Of a DNA stretch of 64,000 nucleotides, positions 47,710-57,938 are shown one piece after another (the first letter of the stretch is position 1; each line of letters starts with the position of its first letter). The position numbers and the translations under genes are program-made. The notes under the pieces were generated by a model, which saw only the letters and a program-made list of their open reading frames with translations, did not search any database and was not told the origin of the DNA. Source of the DNA: a bacterium (lineage in GTDB: Bacteria; UBA8248; JACPRG01; G963555815); NCBI GenBank assembly GCA_963555815.3, contig CAUVWX020000001.1, positions 1,216,001-1,280,000 on the forward strand, given 5' to 3'.

Positions 47710-48591
47710 TTAGAAATCCCGCGCCACGATGAATTCTGCAATCCCCCGCAAGGCGTCCGCCCTCTCGTCAAATTCTTTGAGTTCACCCACGGCGGATCCG
47801 ATGAGAATCTTTGCCTTATTTTTCGAATCTTCTATCCCAAAGAGGGCAGGATAGGTGGCCTTTTCCATTTCCCGGTCGCCCCCCGGGGTCTTGCCGAGGC
47901 GACCCTCCTCCCCAACCTCGTCCAGGATATCGTCCACAATCTGAAAGGCAAGCCCCACCTTTTCCCCATACCCTCTGATGGCCTCCACCTGTCCGGGTGA
48001 GCTGTCCCCAAGGACCGCCCCTGTCCACGCCGAGGTCCGGATAAGGGCGGCTGTCTTGTGCTGGTGGATGTGTTCCAGCTCCTGAGCCGAGGGTTTCCTT
48101 CCCGCATAGTCAAGGTCGGCAACTTGGCCGCCGATCATCCCCTCGGTGCCAATGGCCCGGGCCACCTCACACACGACTTGCTGAAGAACCCTGGGGTCAA
48201 GGCCCTTTGTCGCTTCGGGCGCTGTCATCAGCTCAAAGGCCATGGTGAGGAGGGCATCTCCCGTCAGTATGGCCGTGGCGTCCCCGAACATCTTGTGGCT
48301 CGTTGGCTTTCCTCGCCGAAAGTCACTGTTGTCCATGGCGGGGAGATCGTCGTGAACAAGCGAGTAGGTGTGGATGAACTCCAGGGCGGAGGCCACAGAC
48401 AGGATGTCCTTCGGAGAGCCCCCCACCGCTTCTGTCGCTGCAATCGCCAGGATGGGCCGAAGGCGTTTTCCCCCGGCGAAAAGGCTATAGCGCATGGCGG
48501 CATAGATGCCGTCCGCAGCGCGGGGGAGGACCTCATCGATCCGGGCGTCTACGACCGTCTTCTTCTCTTCTAGATACCGCCTGATGTCCAT
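47710..48591 (-). CDS. ispA: farnesyl/geranylgeranyl diphosphate synthase
   Basis: GGKRLRP; SLVHDDLPAMD; AFQIVDDILD; KATYP. Confidence 0.95.
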   Translation of the reverse strand: MDIRRYLEEKKTVVDARIDEVLPRAADGIYAAMRYSLFAGGKRLRPILAIAATEAVGGSPKDILSVASALEFIHTYSLVHDDLPAMDNSDFRRGKPTSHKMFGDATAILTGDALLTMAFELMTAPEATKGLDPRVLQQVVCEVARAIGTEGMIGGQVADLDYAGRKPSAQELEHIHQHKTAALIRTSAWTGAVLGDSSPGQVEAIRGYGEKVGLAFQIVDDILDEVGEEGRLGKTPGGDREMEKATYPALFGIEDSKNKAKILIGSAVGELKEFDERADALRGIAEFIVARDF

Positions 48592-48596
48592 AGGGC

Positions 48597-48863
48597 CTAT
48601 TCGGCGGACTCCACGGAGTTCAGGAGATCTTTCTCTTCTTCCCCTTCCCCAAGGGGCCTTCGAAGGTGGCTGGCATCCCCCTTCTTGATGAGGAGCTCAA
48701 TCTTCTTCTCCGCCTGGTCAAGCTTCTTATGGCAGAGCTTCGAGAGTTTTATACCTTCTTCAAAGAGGGAGAGGGACCGTTCCAGGTTGGCTTCCCCCTC
48801 CTCGAGCTCCTGAACGATGGTCTCAAGACGCGCCATCGCCTCCTCAAAACTAGGTTCTGCCAT
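48597..48863 (-). CDS. xseB: exodeoxyribonuclease VII small subunit
   Basis: MAEPSFEEAMARLETIVQELE...LFEEG. Confidence 0.94.
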   Translation of the reverse strand: MAEPSFEEAMARLETIVQELEEGEANLERSLSLFEEGIKLSKLCHKKLDQAEKKIELLIKKGDASHLRRPLGEGEEEKDLLNSVESAE

Positions 48864-50232
48864 GGAAAGACTCCCTGGAGTTCTGGGGGTGAGATTCCTC
48901 AACAGCGCACATGATGTGGCCTCGGGCAAGGTCCACCCGGACTTTCTGCCCCGCCCCGGTGGCCGAGGCCTTCCGAAGAACCTCCAGATCCGGGAGCTTT
49001 CGGCAGATGCTGTAGCCCCGGCCCAGGATAGAGAGGGGACTTGAGCCCTGGAGCCTGGAGGCCAGGGAGGAGAGGTGCTCCTGGGAAAGACGATGGGTTT
49101 GGCGGGCAAGGCGCCCTAGAGCCGAACCCAGCGCTGAGACCTCGACCCGCCGGCGCTTGAGGAGGCCAGTGGGGGCCGCCAGGAGGAGGTTTCGACTCAG
49201 GGCCGCTCTCTGCTCTGTCCACCGGAGAACCCTCGAACGGGAGGATCGGAGAAGTTGCTCCGCGTGGTCATCCACGTGCTGGCGTCGCTCACTGAGGGGC
49301 AAAAAGGGCTGGCGGAAGGGGCGGCGTTCCAGTAGGGAGCGGAGATGTTTGTCGGAGACCTCTAGCACCCCCCGGGTTGTGGTGGTGATCCTTCGATCCA
49401 GTCTGAGGAGGTTTCTCTCCAGCTCGTCTGACTCCCGAACTGCCAGCACCGCCGCGGCCGAAGGGGTGGGGGCCCTCACGTCCGCCACGAAGTCCGCGAT
49501 GGTAAAGTCCCACTCATGGCCGATCGCACTGATGACCGGGGCCCTGGAGGCGGCGATGGCCCGGGCGACCGGCTCCTCGTTGAAGGCCCAGAGGTCCTCG
49601 ATGGACCCCCCGCCCCGTCCCACGATGACGAGGTCGAGATTTTGCTGGTTCAGGGCTGAGAGGGCCTCTGCGATCTCTGACGCGGCTCCTTCCCCCTGGA
49701 CCCGGGAGGGGGCGATAAGGACTTGAAGTCTGGCGTCTCTTCGATAGAGGATGACCAGGATGTCCCGGATGGCTGCCCCCTGAAGAGAGGTCACGACCCC
49801 GATTCGACGGGGGAGAAAGGGGAGCGATTTTTTGCGCTCAGCGTCAAAAAGCCCCTCTTGGGACAGTCTCTCCTTGAGTTGCTGGAAGGCGACCTCAAGG
49901 GCTCCCCTTCCAATGGGCTCCAGGTGCTCCACGAGGATCTGATACTCGCCACGAGGCTCGTAGACCGTGACCCCGCCCCGCACGCGGACCTCCATCCCGT
50001 CCTCGGGGTGAAACCGCAGAAGATTTCGGGTGGACTTGAAGATGACGGCCCGGATCTGACTGGCCTTATCTTTCAACGTGAAGTAGAGGTGCCCCGAGCC
50101 GGGGCTCCTCAAGTTTGAGACCTCTCCCTCTACCCGGACATCAAAGAACCCTGTTTCCAGGTGGCCCCGAATCTCTCGGGTCAGTTCGGATACCTTGTAG
50201 ATGCGGTGTTCTAAGGTGAGGGGGAGGTTCAT
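48850..50232 (-). CDS. xseA: exodeoxyribonuclease VII large subunit
   Basis: GEVSN...SGHLYFTLKD; GRGGGSIEDLWAFN; GHE.D; RAPTPSAAA. Confidence 0.96.
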   Translation of the reverse strand: MNLPLTLEHRIYKVSELTREIRGHLETGFFDVRVEGEVSNLRSPGSGHLYFTLKDKASQIRAVIFKSTRNLLRFHPEDGMEVRVRGGVTVYEPRGEYQILVEHLEPIGRGALEVAFQQLKERLSQEGLFDAERKKSLPFLPRRIGVVTSLQGAAIRDILVILYRRDARLQVLIAPSRVQGEGAASEIAEALSALNQQNLDLVIVGRGGGSIEDLWAFNEEPVARAIAASRAPVISAIGHEWDFTIADFVADVRAPTPSAAAVLAVRESDELERNLLRLDRRITTTTRGVLEVSDKHLRSLLERRPFRQPFLPLSERRQHVDDHAEQLLRSSRSRVLRWTEQRAALSRNLLLAAPTGLLKRRRVEVSALGSALGRLARQTHRLSQEHLSSLASRLQGSSPLSILGRGYSICRKLPDLEVLRKASATGAGQKVRVDLARGHIMCAVEESHPQNSRESFHGRT

Positions 50233-51113
50233 GGCACCCGAATTCTCCCCGCAAGCTCCCTTGCCAGGGTCTGAGTCCGATAGGCCCTCAGGGTGTGCAC
50301 CAGGAGCATCGTGACCGTCATGGGCCCAACCCCTCCCGGGACCGGCGTGATGGCGCTCGCTTTCTCCTTCACCTTTTCAAAATCCACATCCCCTACGAGC
50401 TTTTCCCCGACCCGCGAGATTCCGACGTCGATGACGACCGCCCCTTCGCGAATCATGTCGGCGGTGATAATTCCCGGAACCCCGGTGGCCGAGACCAGGA
50501 TGTCCGCCCGGAGGGTGTGGGCCTTTAGGTCATGGGTCTTGTGCTGGCAGATGGTCACCGTAGCGAGGCGGTTCACGAAAAGGGCCGAGAGAGGTTTTCC
50601 TACAATCTGGCTGGCCCCTACGATGACGACATGTTGCCCCTCAATCGGGAGACAGGCGTGTTCCAGAATAGCGATGACGCCGGCCGGGGTTGCCGGTGAG
50701 AGGGTCTCAACCCCCAGGACCAGTTTCCCATAGCTCAGGGGATGAAAGCCGTCCACGTCCTTTTCCGGGTCGACGCTCTGAAGGATGAGCCGGTCGTCAG
50801 TGCCCTTTGGAAGGGGGAGCTGGACGAGGACGCCATTGACGGATGGATCCTCATTCATCCGAGCAATGAGCTCCAAGAGGGCCTCCTGGGAGGTTTCAGG
50901 GGGAAGGTGGTGGTTGAGGGTCTCAATGCCCACCTCGGCACATGCGTGCTCTTTATTGCGGACATAGATCAGGGAGCCGGAGTCCTCGCCGACCAGAATG
51001 ACAGCGAGTTTTGGCCTCCCAAGCTTGCGGCGAACCAGATCTTCAATTTCACGCTGGATCTGGGATCGAATGGACCTTCCGATCTCCTTTCCGTCAAGGA
51101 TCCGGGCGGTCAT
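50229..51113 (-). CDS. folD: bifunctional methylene-THF dehydrogenase/cyclohydrolase
   Basis: LVQLPLP; KDVDGFHP; IDVGI; TPVPGGVGPMT. Confidence 0.97.
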   Translation of the reverse strand: MTARILDGKEIGRSIRSQIQREIEDLVRRKLGRPKLAVILVGEDSGSLIYVRNKEHACAEVGIETLNHHLPPETSQEALLELIARMNEDPSVNGVLVQLPLPKGTDDRLILQSVDPEKDVDGFHPLSYGKLVLGVETLSPATPAGVIAILEHACLPIEGQHVVIVGASQIVGKPLSALFVNRLATVTICQHKTHDLKAHTLRADILVSATGVPGIITADMIREGAVVIDVGISRVGEKLVGDVDFEKVKEKASAITPVPGGVGPMTVTMLLVHTLRAYRTQTLARELAGRIRVP

Positions 51114-51331
51114 GGTTTCTCCTGGAAAATGAAGGAATTAGAAGGAAAAGTGCCATTAATTTTAAGGAGGATTTCGCAGGCTGTCAAGACGAAATCCGGG
51201 AGAGTTTATTGTTTGACGGCAGGGCGAGATTAACGAATCGCACACGCGTCAGGGTTGCTCAAAACTCCAAATTCAGTGAGAGGAAATTTTGAATGAAATA
51301 GCTGAGGTCGGGACACAGCGGGCGATGGGCC

Positions 51332-52450
51332 TCAGTCTAAAGAGGCGATGTCGGTGTAAATTCGATCCATATCGGCGGCCATCCGCTCCATGTTGAATTC
51401 CTCAAGGAGTCTTTGGTACCCCGCCCCTCCCATCGCTTTCCCCAAGGTGGGGTTTTCCAGGATTTTGGCCATCCGTTCGGCCAGGGCCTCGGTGTCCTCT
51501 GAAGGGACCAGATAGCCGGTGATTCCGTGGCGGACGAGTTCCCCTACGCCCCCGACGTCAGTCGCCACCACGGGAAGAAGACTCGCCATGGCCTCCATGA
51601 TGGAGCGGGGTAGGCCCTCCGACAGGGAGGAAAGCACAAAGAGGTCCGACGCGGCCAGGATGAGGGGCACATCGTTTCGTTGGCCCATGAACTGAAAGAA
51701 TTCCGTGAGGCCCTCCTGTTCAATTCTGCGCTCCACATTTTCCCGCTCGGGGCCGTCGCCCACCAGCAGAGTCTCAAAGTCGAGCCCCCGCCGACGGAGG
51801 ACCCCACACGCGGAGATCAGCAGATGGTGGTTCTTGACAGGCCTCAGGTTCGCCGTGCAGACGATCACCGGGCGGGGTTCGGAAGAGATCCCGAGGGCGG
51901 CCCGCGCCTCGGCCTTAGAGGGAAGATGGCGAAAGGGTTCGGGGGAAAGGCCCGTTCGGGCCAGGCAGAGCTTCCGTCGTGGAAACCCTCTTTGGACCAG
52001 GTACTCAATCACCGCCTCGGAGTTTGAGATATAGGACCGGACTAGAGGGAAGGTCCCACGGTCCGCCCAGATCCGGAGTCGATTGATAGAACGGTCGTTT
52101 GTGATCCCCCGGATGCTCCCCACCACGGCCCTCTTTCCTGCGAGCCGGGAGGCGATTCGTCCCAGGACATTTCCCTTGATGCCGTAAAGATGAACGATAT
52201 CGTAGGGTCGGTTCCGCAGGAGATGATAGAGGAGCCAAAGGGAGGGGAAGACCCCCCGCTTGCTGAGCTCCAGATGGCTGATGGAGATCCCCGCATTCCG
52301 GCATAAATCCGTCAGTGGGCCCTCTCCCTCAAGGAGGCAGACCTCGTGGCGGTAGCGCTCAGGGTCTAGCTCCCGGATGAGCTCGAAGACTTCCCGCTCC
52401 GTGCCGGCGAGATCGGCCTGCGTGAGGAGATGGAGGATGCGCAAGGTCAT
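51332..52450 (-). CDS. glycosyltransferase family 4
   Basis: AGTER; NLRPVKNH; SEGLPRSIMEAM; TDVGG. Confidence 0.92.
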   Translation of the reverse strand: MTLRILHLLTQADLAGTEREVFELIRELDPERYRHEVCLLEGEGPLTDLCRNAGISISHLELSKRGVFPSLWLLYHLLRNRPYDIVHLYGIKGNVLGRIASRLAGKRAVVGSIRGITNDRSINRLRIWADRGTFPLVRSYISNSEAVIEYLVQRGFPRRKLCLARTGLSPEPFRHLPSKAEARAALGISSEPRPVIVCTANLRPVKNHHLLISACGVLRRRGLDFETLLVGDGPERENVERRIEQEGLTEFFQFMGQRNDVPLILAASDLFVLSSLSEGLPRSIMEAMASLLPVVATDVGGVGELVRHGITGYLVPSEDTEALAERMAKILENPTLGKAMGGAGYQRLLEEFNMERMAADMDRIYTDIASLD

Positions 52451-52704
52451 CTGAAGACTGAAAACCCGTCTAAGGTTAAGAACGAAAGCAACTCCTTAAT
52501 ACCCTATACCATTAGCGGTGAACGGCTCGCAAACGCCGTGACCCCCATCACCCCCGGCTAGACCCCGGCAGTGGGGCTCTCGGGGGCGGACAGGGGCGTC
52601 CTTTCCAGTAGGGGGGATTTTTGATATTCTTTAACAAACAAAGGGATGGAGCTTCTGACGGCCCCCAAGCCGGGAAGGGGTGGGGGCGCCCTCGAGGAAA
52701 AGGG

Positions 52705-53781
52705 ATGAGCCAGCGCAAGTTTTCTCGTCTAAAGCTATTGCTGTTCTCCGGGGTCACGCTCCTCTTCTTCGTCATCGCCGTTGAAGGCTACTCCCGCGTC
52801 CGAACCTACTGGGCCACTGGGAACCGGAACTACCTCTTCTGGCGGCCCAGAGTTGTCCTGAAAGAGCGTCAAAACAATGTAGGATTCCGAGGCCCCGATA
52901 TGGAATGGGCGAAGCCGCTGGAGGTGCTTCGGGTGGCGGCCCTCGGGGGATCTACGACATTTGGCTTTGGCAACACACTGGACCGGGAGACCTATCCCCG
53001 CCAGCTGGAGGAGATTCTGAGGGAGGAACATCAGCCCCTGCAGATCGAGGTCATCAACGCGGGTCTCAAGCATGGGAGGTCCCACGCGGTCCTCAAGCGC
53101 GCACCCACGGCCCTCAATTTGGGGGCGGACATCGTCGTCATCTACAGTGGCTACAACGATTATGACAAAGGAAAGGTCCCCCAGTGGGGGAAGGTCTCTA
53201 AGATCATCGGCGAATTCGGTGACTACGAAATTCAGCCAAACTTTTTCGAAAGGCTTATGCACCGCCTTTCTCTCGAGAGTGTCTTTTTCCTCCGGTTGAG
53301 AGAAAAGATCGCGAAGTACTGGTATGGAGATATCAACGCCTATTACCGCCGAAAGCAGACCCAGAAGACCGTCACGGAGGAGATCACCCTCACCCCGCAA
53401 CTTCAAGAGGCCGTGGATCAGGCGGTGCAGGGATTCGTCTCGGTCTATCGGGAGAACCTGCGGCGGGTCATCATCTTCACCCGCCTTCACGGGGCCGAAG
53501 TGGTCTTAGCCAAGATCCCCATATACCGTCAGCACCCCGGGGCCCGGCATATGCTCGAGAGCGGCTCCCTGGACGCCATCAACTGGGCCGTTGAAGAGCT
53601 GGCAGAGGAGTATGGCCTTTCCGTGGCCGACGTGGAGGGGGCCTTCGACGCCCATCCCAGGCCCGAGGACCTCTTCAACCTGGATTGGCTCCACCTGAGC
53701 CCCGAAGGCAACGGGTTAATCGCGAAGACAGTGGCCGAGACCATCCGAAAGGCGGGTCTCATCCCTAACGACTCATCCTGA
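52705..53781 (+). CDS. membrane-anchored SGNH/GDSL hydrolase-fold protein
   Basis: N-terminal TM; ALGGSTTFG; INAG; YSGYND; DWLHLS. Confidence 0.88.
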   Translation: MSQRKFSRLKLLLFSGVTLLFFVIAVEGYSRVRTYWATGNRNYLFWRPRVVLKERQNNVGFRGPDMEWAKPLEVLRVAALGGSTTFGFGNTLDRETYPRQLEEILREEHQPLQIEVINAGLKHGRSHAVLKRAPTALNLGADIVVIYSGYNDYDKGKVPQWGKVSKIIGEFGDYEIQPNFFERLMHRLSLESVFFLRLREKIAKYWYGDINAYYRRKQTQKTVTEEITLTPQLQEAVDQAVQGFVSVYRENLRRVIIFTRLHGAEVVLAKIPIYRQHPGARHMLESGSLDAINWAVEELAEEYGLSVADVEGAFDAHPRPEDLFNLDWLHLSPEGNGLIAKTVAETIRKAGLIPNDSS

Positions 53782-53782
53782 G

Positions 53783-54907
53783 ATGAAGCTCTGTTCCCCT
53801 CAGGTGGGCCTCAACCCCGGGACTCACCTCGGAGGTGCCGTGCACGACTGGGAGGTGCTGAGGGAAGTCGCGCGCCGCGGCGTTCAGATCCACATCCCCC
53901 TTCCGAGGGGGGCCTCGTGCGACCTCCAGCCCGGCTGGGAGATCCACAGGACGCCCGCTCACCGCCTTTCGTGCTACGAGTACAATTTCATCTTCGCGAG
54001 GTTTCTCCTGAAACACGGTCGTGCCTGGAACCTGGATCTCCTGCGGGTCCACAGCCCTTATGCGGTGGGGCCCGGCGTACTCTATGCGGCCCGCCACCTT
54101 GGGCTCCCCGTGGTGGCCCACTACCACCATCTGGAAGACAAATCTCTAGACTATGTCGTCAACCGTTGGACGGTCGGTCGCTACCAGGCCCTCATCACCG
54201 TCAGCCAGTTTTCAAAGGACCAGATCGCCCGCCGCTACGGCGTGGAGAGAGATCGGATCCATGTCGTTCCGAACGGCGTCGATGCCGAACGTTTTCGGCC
54301 GCTTGGGGACGGTCTGTCCATCGAGTCCACTCCCCTGGAGCCAGGCGCGCGCGTCCTGGCCTTTATAGGGAGTCTCATCCGCCGGAAGAATGTGGAGATC
54401 CTGCCGGACATTCTTGCTCGACTCCTCCCGCGTCACCCGGACCTTCATCTTCTCGTTGCCGGGGAGGGTCCAGAGCGCGAGACCCTTGTGGATGGGGCGG
54501 GGCGCTGCGACGTGGCCGACCGGGTCCACCTCCTGGGCCCCATCTCTGAGGAGGAGAAAGTTCGTCTCCTGAACCGAGCCGAGGTCTTTCTCTTTCCGTC
54601 CCGCCTGGAGGGGTTCGGGCTGGCCGTCGCCGAGGCCATGGCCTGCGGGACCCCGGTTGTGGCCGCTCGGGCGGGGGCCCTCCCCGAAGTGGTCGAGGAC
54701 GGGCTCACCGGCTGGCTCTGCGACCCGGAGGATCCTGAGGCCTTTGTGGTGGCTGTGGATCGGCTGTTGCAGGACCCGGCCCTTGGCCGAAGCACGGGGG
54801 AGGCGGGTCGACGCCGCGTCCTAGAGCGTTTTCGCTGGGAATCGGCCGGGGCCCGCATCCTGGAGATCTATGAGCGAACAGCCGTCGAATGGACCTGCAA
54901 CCGATAG
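53783..54907 (+). CDS. glycosyltransferase family 4
   Basis: VPNGVD; RRKN; EGFGLAVAEAMACG. Confidence 0.92.
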   Translation: MKLCSPQVGLNPGTHLGGAVHDWEVLREVARRGVQIHIPLPRGASCDLQPGWEIHRTPAHRLSCYEYNFIFARFLLKHGRAWNLDLLRVHSPYAVGPGVLYAARHLGLPVVAHYHHLEDKSLDYVVNRWTVGRYQALITVSQFSKDQIARRYGVERDRIHVVPNGVDAERFRPLGDGLSIESTPLEPGARVLAFIGSLIRRKNVEILPDILARLLPRHPDLHLLVAGEGPERETLVDGAGRCDVADRVHLLGPISEEEKVRLLNRAEVFLFPSRLEGFGLAVAEAMACGTPVVAARAGALPEVVEDGLTGWLCDPEDPEAFVVAVDRLLQDPALGRSTGEAGRRRVLERFRWESAGARILEIYERTAVEWTCNR

Positions 54908-54948
54908 CTTGCGGGTTTCGGTGATCATCGGAACAAAAGACCGCTCGG
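54870..54948 (+). repeat. direct repeat copy 1 (stranded 5' end of the GT2 gene)
   Basis: 79 nt, 8 mismatches to 56184-56262; encodes MSEQPSNGPATDSLRVSVIIGTKDR. Confidence 0.9.
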
Positions 54949-55163
54949 GGGTCACGGGTTTGTCGGAAGTCATCTGGCCGAGTGTCTGGTGGACTGTGAA
55001 GACATGGAGCTTTTCGGAACGCGACGGTGGCGAAACCGGACTGAGAACGTCCAACATCTTGTGGACAAAATGACCCTCTTGGAGTGCAATATCCGTGATC
55101 GGACCTCGATGGTTCGCGTCGTTCGCAGGGTTCGGCCTGGCAAAAATCTTCCACCTTGCGGCT
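54948..55163 (+). pseudogene. 5' relic of a GDP-mannose 4,6-dehydratase/NAD-dependent epimerase
   Basis: with two frame corrections reads GVTGFVGSHLAECL...GTRRWR...TLLECNIRD...VRP.KIFHLAA, then is truncated. Confidence 0.75.
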
Positions 55164-55175
55164 GGCTAGATCCTA

Positions 55176-56162
55176 ATGTGGTTGCTGGTGAAGCGCGCTT
55201 GGTTGTGGTTCTATTTGGAGACCCAGTGGCTCCGAGTTCGATTCTTCCGGGCGCTGCGGCCGGGTTTCTCGCCCAAGGTGGTGGTGGAACGCATCGGTTC
55301 GATGGGAGACGTCCTGCTGACCACGCCAGGCTTGAAAGCGTTAAGGGAGAAATTTCCCGCATCAGAGATCGTGTATGTGACAGACGACAAGTTCCGAGGA
55401 GTTCTTGAGGGCAACCCAGCGGTGAGCCGAATCTCAAACCGCAGGCCGGCTGACTTCGACCTCCTTCTTCGTCCCTGTTATGAATATCATCGTCGAGTGA
55501 GAGGGCACGTCGTCGATCTCTTCTGCCGGCAGATGAAGGTGGACCCCGGAGACTGGCGCCTTTGCATCTACGTGGGTGACGAAGATCGCCGCTTTGCCGA
55601 GGATGTCATAAAACGCTTGGGTGCGTCTCCCGCCGTCTGCCTTCAAGTTGATGCTAGATGGTACAAGGACAAGGAATGGGAGCCGGAGCGCTGGAAAGAG
55701 GTGGTCGAATACCTCGGGGATCTGGGATGCACCGTGATTCAGTTAGGGAACCTGAGGGCCCCAGTCGTGGGTCAGGTGAACCTACTGGGAACCACAACGG
55801 TCAAACAGTTCGCAGCACTGCTTGAAAGGAGCCTCTTCTTCCTGGGGGTCGAGAGCTTAGGGGCCCATCTGGCCGCCGCCGTTGGGGCCCCGAGCGTTGT
55901 CCTGTTTGGCCCGACCGACCCAACGGTCTTCGGCCACTCCGGGGAATTGAACTTGGCGGTTCACAAAGGGCTGGACGACCACTCTTGGTTTAAGCGGGGT
56001 CACTGGAGGTCTCCCCGAAGGGGAGGCTGGATGGAAGCAATCGAAGTCGAAGACGTCAAACGCGCCATTGGTAAGCTTATGGGAACGGCGAGCCTGACCA
56101 AGCGGGCTGACCGCTTTGGGATGCCGCTCGTGCCCAGGGAGATTCGGCGGGGAACTGATTGA
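55176..56162 (+). CDS. glycosyltransferase family 9 (heptosyltransferase-like)
   Basis: GSMGDVLLTTP...LREKFP; KEW; HLAAAVG.P.VVLFGPT. Confidence 0.9.
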   Translation: MWLLVKRAWLWFYLETQWLRVRFFRALRPGFSPKVVVERIGSMGDVLLTTPGLKALREKFPASEIVYVTDDKFRGVLEGNPAVSRISNRRPADFDLLLRPCYEYHRRVRGHVVDLFCRQMKVDPGDWRLCIYVGDEDRRFAEDVIKRLGASPAVCLQVDARWYKDKEWEPERWKEVVEYLGDLGCTVIQLGNLRAPVVGQVNLLGTTTVKQFAALLERSLFFLGVESLGAHLAAAVGAPSVVLFGPTDPTVFGHSGELNLAVHKGLDDHSWFKRGHWRSPRRGGWMEAIEVEDVKRAIGKLMGTASLTKRADRFGMPLVPREIRRGTD

Positions 56163-56183
56163 CAATCGCCCCTTGGAAGATCG

Positions 56184-56262
56184 ATGAGTGTGCGGCCGTC
56201 GAAGGGACCTGCAACCGATAACTTTCGGGTTTCGGTGATCATCGGAACAAAAGACCGCCCGG
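56184..56262 (+). repeat. direct repeat copy 2 (5' end of the intact GT2 gene)
   Basis: matches 54870-54948. Confidence 0.9.
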
Positions 56263-57122
56263 AGAGCCTGAGGCGATGCCTGGAGTCGGTGGCCGCTCAG
56301 AGGCGCCGGCCCGAGGAGGTACTCCTTCTGGACGACGGGACGGCCGGAGCCGCCTCCCTGGGAGAGATCCTGGAGGGGGCGGGCGTCCGCTGGCGGTACA
56401 TTCAAAAGAAAGAGCCGGGGCTGTCGCGCTCACGGAATCTGGGGGCAGGGGAGGCCGCCGGAGAGATCCTCCTTTTTCTCGACGACGACGTGGTGTTGGA
56501 TCCGGGATATCTGGAGGAGATCCTCCGTGTCTACCGCGCGCATCCCGCCGTGGCGGGTGTGGGGGGACGGTTGGAGGGGATTTTTTACAGCCCCTTGGTG
56601 ATGGGCTTCCTCAGGTTTTTCGCCTTGGATTCCAAACGGCGAGAAGGGGAGATCCTGACAAGCGGCATAGGGGTCCTCATCCGCACCATCACGGCCGACA
56701 GGCCCGTAGAGTGGCTCTCTGGATGCAACATGAGTTTTCGCCGCCAGGTCTTCGACGAGTTCCACTTCGATGAGGGGTTCGGACCCAATGGCTGGGGCGA
56801 TGACATGGATCTATCCTACCGAGTCTCGCGGAAATACCCCCTGATGGCAGCCCACAGGGCCCGCCTCGTCCACCGCGTGGACCCGGCAGGCCGGGCCGAC
56901 CCCCGAAGCCTTGGGCGTATGGAAAGTTTTTATCCCTCCCGGTTCTTCCGAAAGAACATGCCCAAGCGGCTCGTCCACCGGGTGGCATTCAGCTGGTCCA
57001 CGCTGGGCATCCTCCTGAAAAACGTCCTCCGCTTGGACCCCATGCGGATCGTGGGGAACCTGGAGGGGATTTGGGCCATCCTGAAAAAAGACCCAGAGGG
57101 AAAAAGACCGACCTCAAGTTAG
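56184..57122 (+). CDS. glycosyltransferase family 2
   Basis: VSVIIGTKDR; LLDDG; FLDDD; GCNMSFR; GDDMDLSYR. Confidence 0.92.
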   Translation: MSVRPSKGPATDNFRVSVIIGTKDRPESLRRCLESVAAQRRRPEEVLLLDDGTAGAASLGEILEGAGVRWRYIQKKEPGLSRSRNLGAGEAAGEILLFLDDDVVLDPGYLEEILRVYRAHPAVAGVGGRLEGIFYSPLVMGFLRFFALDSKRREGEILTSGIGVLIRTITADRPVEWLSGCNMSFRRQVFDEFHFDEGFGPNGWGDDMDLSYRVSRKYPLMAAHRARLVHRVDPAGRADPRSLGRMESFYPSRFFRKNMPKRLVHRVAFSWSTLGILLKNVLRLDPMRIVGNLEGIWAILKKDPEGKRPTSS

Positions 57123-57171
57123 GGGATAATCGAAGGACGCACTTCAACCCAAGAACCTTGAGCGGACGCGG

Positions 57172-57762
57172 ATGCCACTTACACCCTCCTCCCAGATTCC
57201 CCGGCGAAAACTCTTCTGGAAGTTCCTTTTGGACAAGGGTATCGCCGCAGTGGCTTTCGTCCCAGGCATTCCCTTGGTGGGCCTTGCGGCCCTTTGCATC
57301 AAGGTGGAGGGGGCCTTGGACGCGGGTGCCAGGGGGCCAATATTCGTTCGAGAGAAACGAGTGTCCGAAGGGACGGTCTTCGACATCCTCAAGCTTCGCA
57401 CGGAGTGTAAAGATGGAGGGCTCACCGGGGTCGGGCGCCGGTTGCGAAAGTGGTATCTGGATGAACTCCCCCAACTCTTGAACGTTCTGAGAGGCGAGAT
57501 GGCTCTGGTCGGCCCACGCCCCTATCCGGTGGCGGACTATGAGCGGTTTGTCCAAAGGGGGCACCGGGCCAAACGTCTTCTCCGGGCTGGCATCACAGGA
57601 GAGATTCAGGTCGCCAAGGCAGGACCCCGTCTAGGGGATCCGGAACTGGAAGAGGAGTATCTCCTTCGCTGCCAGATCCTCCCCGGGCACCGGATCGTCC
57701 TCTATGACCTCAGCCTCATCCTCCGCACGATTCCTGTTATCCTCAAGGGCGGAGGGCTCTGA
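57172..57762 (+). CDS. small monotopic polyprenyl-phosphate phosphoglycosyltransferase (PglC/Bac_transf-like)
   Basis: KLRT; VGRRLRKWYLDELPQLLNVLRGEMALVGPRP; GITG. Confidence 0.9.
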   Translation: MPLTPSSQIPRRKLFWKFLLDKGIAAVAFVPGIPLVGLAALCIKVEGALDAGARGPIFVREKRVSEGTVFDILKLRTECKDGGLTGVGRRLRKWYLDELPQLLNVLRGEMALVGPRPYPVADYERFVQRGHRAKRLLRAGITGEIQVAKAGPRLGDPELEEEYLLRCQILPGHRIVLYDLSLILRTIPVILKGGGL

Positions 57763-57938
57763 CTCCTCCGGGAAGAGGGGCGCTAAGTTTCTCCATCACG
57801 GGATGTGGCTGGGGTGCAAAGCCAGCACCCTCTTGTGATAGATTAAATTTTCTTGGATCCCGTAATGGTTTTTGGATTAACCGGTTGCGTAGATCGCGTC
57901 TTCGAAATTCCTCCGGATAGAGGGGACATCTTGCGTCC

